DNA from: an uncultured Lentimicrobiaceae bacterium | Lineage (GTDB): Bacteria > Bacteroidota > Bacteroidia > Bacteroidales > JAGONC01 | Assembly (NCBI GenBank): GCA_964628285.1 | Contig: CAZVNP010000001.1 | Span: 7,456 to 71,455 of the forward strand | Direction: 5' to 3' | Length of the DNA stretch: 64,000 nt | Shown: positions 48,705 through 58,287 of the stretch, piece by piece | How positions within the stretch are numbered: the first letter of the stretch is position 1 | Layout: the number at the start of each line of letters is the position of its first letter | Made by a program: the position numbers and the translations under genes | The notes under the pieces: generated by a model | Told to the model about the DNA's origin: nothing | What the model saw: the letters and a program-made list of their open reading frames with translations, nothing else | The model's database searches: none

Positions 48705-50936
48705 ATGAAACGTATTTTTCCTTTCTTCTCCGTCGCATTGTTAACCTTTAGCGTATGGGGTCAGAATTATGTGGAACTGACCGATAATATGGTCATCCCC
48801 AGTGATTCCTGGATAAAGATACTCGGAGGTGAATACACTTTCGGTGATGATTCCCAGGACGGAGTCATCAGGATAGTCGGTAAGGAAAACATCATCCTGG
48901 ATGGCGACAGTGTGACAGTTCACGGAACTAACTTCAATGGTTATATGGTTTACATTGAAAATTCACAAAACGTCACCATAAAGAATTTTGATTGGGTGGA
49001 TCATTATTATTATGCCGTGAGAATAAACAGTTCACATGGCATCACCATTGAGGGCAACACCTTTTCTTTCAATAAGAAAGACACCACCGGTGTCATAGAC
49101 GTGTGGGCCGGTGTGGGCAGTGCCCTCGGCGGCGGTGTTCTTCTTAACCACAGCTGGCAATGTGAGCTGTTGGACAATACCATGCAACAGGAGAATGACG
49201 GCATTGCCATGTACGATAGCCACGGCATACATATTCATCATAATACACTGAACTGGAACTGCGGCTTTGGCATCAGATTGAATTTCACCGATACATGTTA
49301 TATCCATCATAATAATTGCTCGCATGTGAACAGAGAAACCAATCCCAGTGATTGTGCCGCCATTCTGTTTATCGTTTCAAATGAAAATGATGTGGAGTAC
49401 AATGATGTCACCTATTCAGGTGATGGTATTTTTCTGGGGCAGTATCAGTATTCTCAAATTCCCAATAACAATTATTTTGCATATAATGAATGTTCCTTTT
49501 CACCCCATAATGCCATTGAAGCAACGTTTGCCGATGGAAACATCTTTAAACATAACATCTGTAATTACAGTCATTATGGATTCTGGCTCGGTTATTCCTT
49601 TAACAGCTTAGTCGACAGCAACGAAGTGATAGGTAACGAACATTCAGGCATTGCCATCGACAGGGGTTTTAATAATGTGATAACACACAATGAGATCAGC
49701 CATAATCCGACAGGAATTGAGCTTTGGGAAGGCTCACCGATACCACCTTATCAGAATCAGGAGTCAAAGGATTACGTGATTGACTCCAACAGCATGGAAG
49801 GCAATACCCTGGCTGTTTCTTCCAAAGCTACGGAGCATTTGGTGGCACGCGACAATATTTTCATTAAGAACAGGAAGGGCATTTATTTTTCTGATTATTC
49901 TGACTACGATACCATCACCGGCAATGTGTTTGATCATACCACGACTTATCATTTTGAGAACAGGTCAACGTTTGATATTTACGCCGTTAACAATGATTTC
50001 TTCTATGATGATTCCCTTCTTATTGCGTGTAAAATATATGATTATGAAGATAATTCATCATACGGTCATGTGCTGTGGCAACCTTGTGTGCCCGGGGAAG
50101 ATCCGGTTTATCAGACCATACCGCCTCAGGATTTGTCGGAACCTCCGGCGCTGTGGTATGCCTACCCTGAGACCTGCCCTTCTTACGGGAAATGGCTGGC
50201 CACCTCCATTGACTGGGATTATGAGATCAAGCAAATTGGTGATGCTTCCGTTCACTTCGTCACCGGTAACGGATGGAATATAGCTGCTTCGTACCGCCCC
50301 GGATCTGATTCCATGGCCTCCTGGCATCTCACCGAAATGGATTCGATAAGCGTCTGGTACCGGTCACTCAACACCACAGGCTACGGTTTTCAGTATCATT
50401 CCATTATCCTTGGTAATGATTGTGGCGGATACTTTAAATATACTGCCAGTGCAGCCTCCATTCTTAATCCAACCATTGGAACCTGGAAACACTATACCAT
50501 CCCGCTGGCAGGTAATACACAATGGTCAAGGTCACAAAGCGGTGATGTGTCGCTTGATGACATTAACTACATTGAGATCAATGTCGATACCTGGGACTTT
50601 GGCTTTGAATTCTGGATCGACGGCCTTAAATTTACTCCTTTTGTCACGGCCATTGAGAAGCAAAACGGTAGCGCAGAGGCCTCCTTATTAAAGATTTATC
50701 CAAATCCCGTGGCCGGATTGGCAACGATAGAATGCCATCTCGATAAGCCTCAGCCTGTTTATTTAGCCATCGGTGACCTTCAAGGGGATATTGTGTCAGT
50801 TGTGGCCAATGGACAGTGTTGTGCAGGAGAAAACCGGTTTGCATTTGATTGTTCAAATCTTGCGGATGGCATCTATTCATGCCTGATCCGGGCGGGTGAC
50901 CGGGTAGAAACCAAAAAGCTTGTCGTGATTAAATGA
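48705..50936 (+). CDS. Right-handed parallel beta-helix repeat protein with a T9SS type-A C-terminal sorting domain
   Basis: Signal peptide and repeated NosD/pectate-lyase-like turns (N..I..N.I..N..GI). The C-terminus reads LKIYPNPVAGLATIE..DGIYSCLIRAGDRVETKKLVVIK. Confidence 0.85.
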   Translation: MKRIFPFFSVALLTFSVWGQNYVELTDNMVIPSDSWIKILGGEYTFGDDSQDGVIRIVGKENIILDGDSVTVHGTNFNGYMVYIENSQNVTIKNFDWVDHYYYAVRINSSHGITIEGNTFSFNKKDTTGVIDVWAGVGSALGGGVLLNHSWQCELLDNTMQQENDGIAMYDSHGIHIHHNTLNWNCGFGIRLNFTDTCYIHHNNCSHVNRETNPSDCAAILFIVSNENDVEYNDVTYSGDGIFLGQYQYSQIPNNNYFAYNECSFSPHNAIEATFADGNIFKHNICNYSHYGFWLGYSFNSLVDSNEVIGNEHSGIAIDRGFNNVITHNEISHNPTGIELWEGSPIPPYQNQESKDYVIDSNSMEGNTLAVSSKATEHLVARDNIFIKNRKGIYFSDYSDYDTITGNVFDHTTTYHFENRSTFDIYAVNNDFFYDDSLLIACKIYDYEDNSSYGHVLWQPCVPGEDPVYQTIPPQDLSEPPALWYAYPETCPSYGKWLATSIDWDYEIKQIGDASVHFVTGNGWNIAASYRPGSDSMASWHLTEMDSISVWYRSLNTTGYGFQYHSIILGNDCGGYFKYTASAASILNPTIGTWKHYTIPLAGNTQWSRSQSGDVSLDDINYIEINVDTWDFGFEFWIDGLKFTPFVTAIEKQNGSAEASLLKIYPNPVAGLATIECHLDKPQPVYLAIGDLQGDIVSVVANGQCCAGENRFAFDCSNLADGIYSCLIRAGDRVETKKLVVIK

Positions 50937-51007
50937 TGGGGTAGCAGATCACTGTTTTGGTATAGTCGTTCCAGTTAGTACTGATTATTTTTCTTTTCGC
51001 CGGTCAA

Positions 51008-51583
51008 TTAAAAAAAGAGGGCAAGACCGACCTGGTAATAATTGTTATGGAATCCGTTGTAAACGTCCACCAGACCCCAGTGGTACTGTCCTTCAATACC
51101 GATCATTAAAATTTTGATTCCCACGCCTATGAATGCAGAGGAATCGAATGTTTTGATTTTACCATTTACGGGCAGGTCGGCTTTTACTCCATTGGCCATA
51201 TATTTTTCACCAATTTTGAAATTAAAGGTTACCCCACCCATAGCATAGAGTGGACCTGCCTTTAATTTAATATCAAGAGGTACGCTTAAATAGTGCAACA
51301 GGAGCTTATTATCACTGTTTTTTTGATTCCCGTTTATAAAATATTCAAGCCCGGAGCTGGCATAGAGGAAGGGGAAAAACTTGACATCTTTAAATGCACC
51401 GACGTAAAAGATATTCAAATTGTTGTTCCAGGATGAGTCAATGCTTTGCATGGCAGCATTGTGATAGCCTGCACGGATGCCTATTTTCTTTTTGTCGCCG
51501 CCCATGCTCAAGGATGGAATAAGGATAATAATCCCGAGGATCAATGTTATCAGACCGGCGCGGGTATGAAAATATTTTCTCAT
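51008..51583 (-). CDS. Small outer-membrane beta-barrel (porin-family) protein
   Basis: 191 aa with a signal peptide, alternating hydrophobic strands and a C-terminal LALFF. Confidence 0.7.
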   Translation of the reverse strand: MRKYFHTRAGLITLILGIIILIPSLSMGGDKKKIGIRAGYHNAAMQSIDSSWNNNLNIFYVGAFKDVKFFPFLYASSGLEYFINGNQKNSDNKLLLHYLSVPLDIKLKAGPLYAMGGVTFNFKIGEKYMANGVKADLPVNGKIKTFDSSAFIGVGIKILMIGIEGQYHWGLVDVYNGFHNNYYQVGLALFF

Positions 51584-51676
51584 AATCCAGTAATTTTAAG
51601 ATAAACTAAACACTACACAAATATAATAAGATGAATTTTATCTGCAATTATATCGGTAAAAAACTGACCATCTTCC

Positions 51677-52456
51677 TCAGGAGACGTGAATTGACCGGGA
51701 AGATTTAATCAGGTTGATCTTTTTCATCATGCTTTCATAATGTGATCCGTTCCAGTACACTTTTCCACAGTGACGGCACTGGTAAAAAGATTTAAAATGA
51801 GCGATGGTCCCGGGTTTGAGGCAGTCGAGTATCTTTTGCTTGTCGATCTTGACTATTTTGCCGTTACATTCCATGCACCTGTTGAAGGGCTTGATCAGAT
51901 TATAAAGATCGAGACGGCGGATGACTTCGGACACTTGTTCCGCAGGTTTTTGTGACCGTATCCAAAGACCGTGGGTGACATCGTTGTTTTTGAGCAAGGC
52001 GATGTCACGTGTAAGGATAATCCGTTTATCTTTTTTAGCGGTGGCGATGATTTCATGATCATTATAATCATTTCTGTATACGCTGTCGAATCCCAGCATG
52101 CGGAGGTAACGTGCCAGCTTGCCCAGGTGGACATCCAGGATTAGTTTGATCCGGCGCAAAGGTACCGGTCTGAGATGGGTGACATTTGTTATATCGAGGC
52201 TTTCGAAGACAGGGTAAACGGAGATGTGTTGACCGGCAACAGGTTTATAATCAAATGATACGGACTGGCCGTCGGCAAGGATGAGATCGACTTCGCTATG
52301 CGGGACACCGAATGATTCGATGATGTCTTTGACAGAGGGGCTGCAAAAAAGGGTATATTCCAGCATCTTCCTGCGCCGCGAGAGGACCAGAAAATCATTC
52401 AGCTCTTCGTAAAAACGCACGTGAATTAAATCCGGTTTGATCACAAAAACGGACAA
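51677..52456 (-). CDS. Ubiquitin-like (Ub-Mut7C) domain fused to a Mut7-C PIN-like RNase domain with a zinc ribbon
   Basis: The N-terminus reads VRFYEELNDFL..SVKDIIESFGVPHSEVDLILADGQSV..ISVYP. The nuclease part reads LILDVHLGKLARYLRMLGFD..ILTRD. The zinc ribbon is RCMECNG..CRHCGKVYW. The start is TTG at 52456 or GTG at 52444. Confidence 0.85.
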   Translation of the reverse strand: MSVFVIKPDLIHVRFYEELNDFLVLSRRRKMLEYTLFCSPSVKDIIESFGVPHSEVDLILADGQSVSFDYKPVAGQHISVYPVFESLDITNVTHLRPVPLRRIKLILDVHLGKLARYLRMLGFDSVYRNDYNDHEIIATAKKDKRIILTRDIALLKNNDVTHGLWIRSQKPAEQVSEVIRRLDLYNLIKPFNRCMECNGKIVKIDKQKILDCLKPGTIAHFKSFYQCRHCGKVYWNGSHYESMMKKINLIKSSRSIHVS

Positions 52457-53206
52457 TTATTTTACAAAGTTAGTTAATAATCCGGTTAGCTGCCGTGCAT
52501 TGTCAGGAGCATAACCGTGAAAGTCATTGTTGAAAAAGACAAACACCCTTTTTAATCCCTGGTCGGTGGCTTCCTTAATTTGTCCGGCAAGAGCCTGCAA
52601 TTCCGGCAACGAATAATTTGAAGCGTACCAACGGGGGTGCCCATGTAATCTGAAATAAGCCGTATCCGCCGTGATCCAGTCAAACCGTTGCAAGGAAGGT
52701 GAATCAAAATTACAGGCAATCATATGGTATTTTTTCAGCAAACTGTCGACAGAAGAAGTGAACCAACATGGATGACGGAATTCAACGGTCACTTTTTCAG
52801 GGTGCATGAACATGCTGCACACCTCTTCCAGCAGGGCTGTGTCACAGGGTGTCTGCGGTGCAATCTGCAGCAGAAGTGCTCCCAGCTTTTCTTTTAGCAA
52901 CATGGCTGAATGTTCAAAGGCGTTAATATCATCCCGTACGTCCTTAAGGAATTTCCGGTGTGTGATGATACGTGGGACCTTGAGAACGTACAAAAAACCA
53001 TGAGGAGCCTGGCGGTGCCATTTTTCATAAGTTGCCGGGGCAAATGTCCTGTAGAAAGTGGCGTTCACTTCCACCGCCGGAAAGTGCTGCGAATAAAAAT
53101 CAAACCACCTGCTCTTTGGCAGTGACAGTGGATAAAAGGTGCCTTTCCAATGATCATAAGTCCAGCCTGAAGTACCTATGTATATTTCGCAGTTGCCGAT
53201 AATCAT
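52457..53206 (-). CDS. DUF72-family protein (uncharacterised TIM-barrel family)
   Basis: IYIGTSGWTYDHWKGTFYP..SRWFDFYSQHFPAVEVNATFYR is the hallmark N-terminus. The ATG at 53206 lies 1 nt after the upstream stop. Confidence 0.9.
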   Translation of the reverse strand: MIIGNCEIYIGTSGWTYDHWKGTFYPLSLPKSRWFDFYSQHFPAVEVNATFYRTFAPATYEKWHRQAPHGFLYVLKVPRIITHRKFLKDVRDDINAFEHSAMLLKEKLGALLLQIAPQTPCDTALLEEVCSMFMHPEKVTVEFRHPCWFTSSVDSLLKKYHMIACNFDSPSLQRFDWITADTAYFRLHGHPRWYASNYSLPELQALAGQIKEATDQGLKRVFVFFNNDFHGYAPDNARQLTGLLTNFVK

Positions 53207-53207
53207 G

Positions 53208-54239
53208 TCATGGTATAAAAAGGATCTTGCCGTCCGACAGATGTCCGGCATACTGGAGCAGGGCACGAACCACTTCCTCGAGTTTAAAGGTTTTTTGAAT
53301 GGTGATCTGTATGGTGCCTTTCATCATTCTTTCCTGAATACCCGACATCACCAGGCCATAGTTAACCGGGCCCGAATCTTTGATCCAGTCGGCCAGGTTG
53401 AATCCGATGATGGTCTTTTGTCTGAATATGATCTCCAGTACATTGATATTGGCAAGGTATTGTCCTGACAATCCTCCGTAAAGTATCAGCTGTGAACCTG
53501 CAGGCATGGCCTCGACGATTTTACCGCTCCATTCACCGCCCAAGGCATCCAGCGCAACGGTCGCCCTTAAATCATGTGCCAGTTTTGAAAGCTGTTCCTG
53601 AAAATCATTTGAGAGGATGTTGAGGACATACGTCTCTCCGGTCTCTTTCAGTTTGGTTATGTGTTCATCTTTTCTCACCAGGTTGATGAGTCCGATATTC
53701 TTTTCCCTTGCAAAGACTCTGATGAATCCACCGGTCTGACCGGCAGCAGCTGTGTTGATTATTGTTTTGCTACCTGATATATGGGCCAGATCGGTTAGGG
53801 CATAGGCGGTGAGTGGATTGATGGCCAGACAGGCGGCCTGGGTTGTATTCAAACCCTCTTTCACCGGAATGCAATTTTCCGGTTTGGCGATGAAATATTC
53901 GGCCCAGGTTCCGTCACCTTCATCTTTGCTGAAAACGCTCACCCGTTTTCCCACAAGATACAGTGCTTTTCCATCTTTCCCCGCGGCAATAACGGTTCCG
54001 GTGCCCTCAAAACCGGCGACCACCGGCAGCGGTTTGATAATGTCATACATGCCCCTGAAGAATGCAATATCGGAGGGATTGCACGGGGCTGCCGTCATTT
54101 TCACAAGCACTTCATCATCGCCTAATGAGCGGAGAGATTTCTCCGTCACCTGTAAATTGCGCAAGACACCGGACAGACTGGCGCTGTACTCTGTCAGCAC
54201 GACAGCTTTCATTTTTTCAGGCATGATTCCAACAGACAT
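53208..54239 (-). CDS. Medium-chain dehydrogenase/reductase family (quinone-oxidoreductase-like)
   Basis: 343 aa. VLVKMTAAPCNPSD, GFEGTGTV and the nucleotide-binding AAAGQTG. Confidence 0.85.
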   Translation of the reverse strand: MSVGIMPEKMKAVVLTEYSASLSGVLRNLQVTEKSLRSLGDDEVLVKMTAAPCNPSDIAFFRGMYDIIKPLPVVAGFEGTGTVIAAGKDGKALYLVGKRVSVFSKDEGDGTWAEYFIAKPENCIPVKEGLNTTQAACLAINPLTAYALTDLAHISGSKTIINTAAAGQTGGFIRVFAREKNIGLINLVRKDEHITKLKETGETYVLNILSNDFQEQLSKLAHDLRATVALDALGGEWSGKIVEAMPAGSQLILYGGLSGQYLANINVLEIIFRQKTIIGFNLADWIKDSGPVNYGLVMSGIQERMMKGTIQITIQKTFKLEEVVRALLQYAGHLSDGKILFIP

Positions 54240-54397
54240 ATCTGATCTTGTTTAACTGTACGTTATTATCAACGTAAAATTATGGAATTTTAAGTTTTGA
54301 AGATCGTTTATTGATATTCACTGATCGTACTTGACTTATTTTGAACTTATTCTTGTAATATACGTTTTATTACTGGCCTGATAAAAAAACAATTAAA

Positions 54398-55225
54398 ATG
54401 ATAAATGACAGGATTATACTGATTACCGGATCGACTGATGGCATCGGGAAACAGGTCGCATTTGAGCTTGCCGGCAGGAGGGCGACGGTATTGTTACATG
54501 GCAGCAATGCAGGAAAAGCTGAGAGAGTGAGGAATGAAATAGTAAGGAAAACATGTAACAGTAAAATTCAAGTGTACACAGCCGATTTTTCAGTTATGGA
54601 ACAGGTCAGGGCTCTCGCTGATCACATTAAGAGAGATCACTCCAAGCTGGACATACTGATCAACAATGCCGGTGTTTATATGAGCAGGAAGGAAATCACT
54701 GCCGACGGATTGGAAATGACCTTTGCAGTGAATTATCTGTCAGTCTTTATTTTAACTCTTGAGCTTCTCAATCTGGTCAACCGATCGGACTATAAAAGGA
54801 TCATCAATGTGAGTTCACAGACGCATGCTTCCCATATCGATTTTCAGAACCTTCAGGGTGAGAAAAGGTACAGCGGCTATGGCGCTTATGCTCTTTCTAA
54901 GCTCATGGAGATCATGTTCACCTTTGAGCTGGCAGTTAAACTATGGGATACCGGAATAACGGTCAACTGTCTGGACCCGGGGGTGATCTCCACCAAGTTA
55001 TTGCATGCCGGATGGGGTGGCGGCGGAGCCTCCGTGGAGGAAGGAGCGGTGACCCCTGTGTATCTCGCCACCTCACAGGAAGCCGGTAAGGTTAACGGTA
55101 AATATTTTATCAATAAAGGAATCTCAAAACCTGCCGCTATCGCTTATAATGAAGCTATTCGCGCCAAGTTGTGGGAGGTGAGTGAGCAGCTTTCCGGTGT
55201 ACGGTTCAGTCATCACTTATTATGA
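54398..55225 (+). CDS. Short-chain dehydrogenase/reductase (SDR)
   Basis: ITGSTDGIGK (TGxxxGxG), NNAG and the catalytic YALSK. Confidence 0.9.
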   Translation: MINDRIILITGSTDGIGKQVAFELAGRRATVLLHGSNAGKAERVRNEIVRKTCNSKIQVYTADFSVMEQVRALADHIKRDHSKLDILINNAGVYMSRKEITADGLEMTFAVNYLSVFILTLELLNLVNRSDYKRIINVSSQTHASHIDFQNLQGEKRYSGYGAYALSKLMEIMFTFELAVKLWDTGITVNCLDPGVISTKLLHAGWGGGGASVEEGAVTPVYLATSQEAGKVNGKYFINKGISKPAAIAYNEAIRAKLWEVSEQLSGVRFSHHLL

Positions 55226-55308
55226 CATGCCGGGCACAAGCACCCCGGTGCGTCTTTCAAAATAAAAAAAAATAATACCTTCGCAGTGCCTTAGCAAGAG
55301 AGTTTTAA

Positions 55309-57099
55309 ATGACCAATCCGATGAGAACACAGCTGAGATATTTTCTGTTTTTGATTCTTTGGATCCTGCCTTTTTTTCTGTATGCGCAGGATATCACCGT
55401 GGATGAACTTAAGGACGACATTTATTTTCTGGCGTCCGACTCCTTAAAAGGCAGGCAGGCCGGGAGTCCCGAAGGTTTTATTGCAGCCGGTTTTATCAGG
55501 GATCAATTGAAGGAGGACGGCTTGAGACTGCTTGATGATAATGGATTTCAGTTTTTCGAAGTGGTGACGGGCGCGAGGCTGGGCAGTCACAACTTTTTGA
55601 TTGCCGGTGATGACACGGCCGCAGTCGATGTTGATTTCCGGCCCTTTCCTTTCTCACGCAACGAGGAGGTCAGTGCGCCGGTTGTTTTCGCAGGCTACGG
55701 TTTTGATATTTCCGAGGACAGCCTGAAATGGAACGATTATAACGGCGTGGATGTCACCGGTCAGTGGGTTATGATGTTTCGAGGCGATCCCGCATTGGAT
55801 AATAATGAAAGTTCCTACCTTAAATATACGGGTGTGCGGTCGAAGGTTCTTACAGCCAAGGATAAGGGCGCTGCGGGCGTGCTGTTGGTCACGCCGGAGG
55901 CCATGGATGAAAAGGATGAACTGGTTCCCATGACCTTTGATAAAAGCGCATCGGATGCGGGATTGCCAGTGATACATATCAGGAGAGAACTGGCTGACGT
56001 TATATTGAAGCATGGCGGACACAACATCGCTGAACTTGAACAGGCTCTGAAAAGTAACCGGCAGCCTGTTTCCTTTGCTGTTCCGTTGACCGTTCACGCT
56101 GAGAGCGATGTTATCCTGACTAAGTCACGGGCTCAGAATGTGGTGGCAGAATTGCCGGGTGGTGATCCGGTTCTTAAGGATGAAACGATCGTGATAGGAG
56201 CACATTATGATCATCTGGGCATGGGAGGACCGGGGTCCGGTTCACGGATTCCCGACACCCTGGCCATACATAATGGCGCCGATGACAACGCTTCCGGCGT
56301 AGCCGGTATATTGGCGCTGGCTCGTAAAATGTCAGCGCAAAGCATCCCTTTCAAACGTACCGTCCTGTTCGTGGCGTTCGACGGGGAAGAAATGGGCCTG
56401 CTCGGATCAAAATATTTTGTTAATCATTCTCCCGTTGATCCGAAACAGATCAAGACCATGTTCAACTTTGATATGATCGGTCGTCTTAAAACCGACACAC
56501 GGTCCTTGCTCATCGGAGGCACGGGAACAGGGGATTCCAGTGAGGCTATACTGAATAAAAATGTGAACGGCGAGGGCTTTGAATTGAAATTTTCACCGGA
56601 GGGCTATGGCGCTTCCGATCATTCGAGTTTTTATGCCAGGGATATCCCTGTTTTTTTCTTCACCACGGGTGCTCATGAAGATTATCATACACCGAGTGAT
56701 GATGCGGATAAAATCAATTATCCCGGTGAAAAGGAAGTCCTCGATTTTGCATACCGTGTGATCCGTGAAGTCGGTGACCGTGACCAGCCGCTGGCTTTCA
56801 GAGAAGCCGGTCCCAAGGAACGTCCCGATTATGGCAGGGGTTTTAAGGTCACCCTGGGTTTTATGCCCGATTTCACTTCCACCGAAAATAACGGCCTGCG
56901 TGTGGATGCCGTCAGAAAAGACGGCCCCGCTTACAGAGGTGGTTTGTTGAAGGGAGACATCATCACCGCTGTGAACGGTAAATCGGTGTCAAACATTTAT
57001 GATTATATGAACAGGTTGAAAGAATTGGATCATGGTCAGACCATCTCGGTGGATGTGATGAGAAACGGAGAGAAAGAGGTGCTGATCATACAATTATAA
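55309..57099 (+). CDS. M28-family aminopeptidase with PA-like insert and a C-terminal PDZ domain
   Basis: Signal peptide, HYDHLG, GADDNASGVAG and FDGEEMGLLGS. The C-terminal PDZ reads GLRVDAVRKDGPAYRGGLLKGDIITAVNG. Confidence 0.88.
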   Translation: MTNPMRTQLRYFLFLILWILPFFLYAQDITVDELKDDIYFLASDSLKGRQAGSPEGFIAAGFIRDQLKEDGLRLLDDNGFQFFEVVTGARLGSHNFLIAGDDTAAVDVDFRPFPFSRNEEVSAPVVFAGYGFDISEDSLKWNDYNGVDVTGQWVMMFRGDPALDNNESSYLKYTGVRSKVLTAKDKGAAGVLLVTPEAMDEKDELVPMTFDKSASDAGLPVIHIRRELADVILKHGGHNIAELEQALKSNRQPVSFAVPLTVHAESDVILTKSRAQNVVAELPGGDPVLKDETIVIGAHYDHLGMGGPGSGSRIPDTLAIHNGADDNASGVAGILALARKMSAQSIPFKRTVLFVAFDGEEMGLLGSKYFVNHSPVDPKQIKTMFNFDMIGRLKTDTRSLLIGGTGTGDSSEAILNKNVNGEGFELKFSPEGYGASDHSSFYARDIPVFFFTTGAHEDYHTPSDDADKINYPGEKEVLDFAYRVIREVGDRDQPLAFREAGPKERPDYGRGFKVTLGFMPDFTSTENNGLRVDAVRKDGPAYRGGLLKGDIITAVNGKSVSNIYDYMNRLKELDHGQTISVDVMRNGEKEVLIIQL

Positions 57100-57150
57100 T
57101 AAGGGATATGGCCTAACACCTGTCCGCGGCGCCTGTCTATTACAAGATAC

Positions 57151-57546
57151 ATGTCAGACTTGTTACAGTGGGAAATCGTTTGGAAGTTTATCCGTTTCGG
57201 TATCGTAGGTATATCAGGGATGGGTGTTGATTTCGGAACAACTTATCTGGGCAAGGAGATCATCAAGATACAGAAATATGTTGCCAATGGCATTGGATTT
57301 ACGGTCGCCGCGACGAGCAATTATTTTCTGAACAGGATATGGACCTTTAAAAGTCATGATCCGGGCATCTTTCTCGAATATTCCAAGTTTCTGTTTGTGT
57401 CGGTCATAGGTTTGGGGATCAATACGCTTGTTTTGTGGATACTGGTCAGCCTTCTGAAGAGGCATTTTTATCTGTCCAAGCTGTTTGCCATCGGTGTTGT
57501 AATGATCTGGAATTTTCTGGCCAACCTGCTTTTCACCTTCAGGTAA
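57151..57546 (+). CDS. GtrA-family membrane protein
   Basis: 131 aa with four TM helices. FIRFGIVGISGMGVDF and NRIWTF are typical of the family. Confidence 0.85.
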   Translation: MSDLLQWEIVWKFIRFGIVGISGMGVDFGTTYLGKEIIKIQKYVANGIGFTVAATSNYFLNRIWTFKSHDPGIFLEYSKFLFVSVIGLGINTLVLWILVSLLKRHFYLSKLFAIGVVMIWNFLANLLFTFR

Positions 57547-57569
57547 GAAAGTATAATCAGCCTGCCTTT

Positions 57570-58097
57570 CTATTCCGTGTTGCCGGGCTTTGGCGTTGTA
57601 TCGGCCATTGTTTTTTTCAGTTCACCGGCATTGAAGGAGTAAGGTAACAGGTTCCCAATGTTATCGCTGACGAGAATTTTGCCTTTTTCTGCCATCATGA
57701 TGACGCGTATCGGATGCCGGTGCCTCATCTCATATTCGGCGAGCACCTGTCGGCAGGCACCACAGGGTGTGAGGGCTGTTGCACTGCCCGGATTTTGAGG
57801 ATGAGCGGCGATGGCGATGGCTTTGACAGGTACATCAGGGTAATTGGAGGCAGCAGTGAAAATAGCAATGCGTTCGGCACAGAGACCCGAGGGATAGGCT
57901 ATATTCTCCTGATTATTACCGGTCACTACCAGGTCATTTTCAAGTAATACCGCTGCCCCGACGTAAAACCGTGAATAAGGCGCATAGGCCGACCCGGCTG
58001 CTTCACCCGCTGCTTCATATAATCTTTTATCGGTCTCATTCAATTCTTCGGCCGATTCATATTCCGTTAACGTGATAGTCAGATCACATCTTTTCAT
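57570..58097 (-). CDS. cdd: Cytidine deaminase
   Basis: Zinc ligands in CAERIAI and PCGACRQVL. Confidence 0.9.
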   Translation of the reverse strand: MKRCDLTITLTEYESAEELNETDKRLYEAAGEAAGSAYAPYSRFYVGAAVLLENDLVVTGNNQENIAYPSGLCAERIAIFTAASNYPDVPVKAIAIAAHPQNPGSATALTPCGACRQVLAEYEMRHRHPIRVIMMAEKGKILVSDNIGNLLPYSFNAGELKKTMADTTPKPGNTE

Positions 58098-58287
58098 GCC
58101 TGAAAAATTAATTCAAGTGGTAAATATACTTCAAATCATTCAATGGTGAATATCATCAGGCTGATTTGTTTTCATCATTAAGAAGATCATCCAATCATCC
58201 TGCGGATAACTTCTTCCATCTGATCGCTTGCTGCGGTATGTGAAACATGAATGACAGCCTATCGCCTGTCTATCCATACCGACTCCA

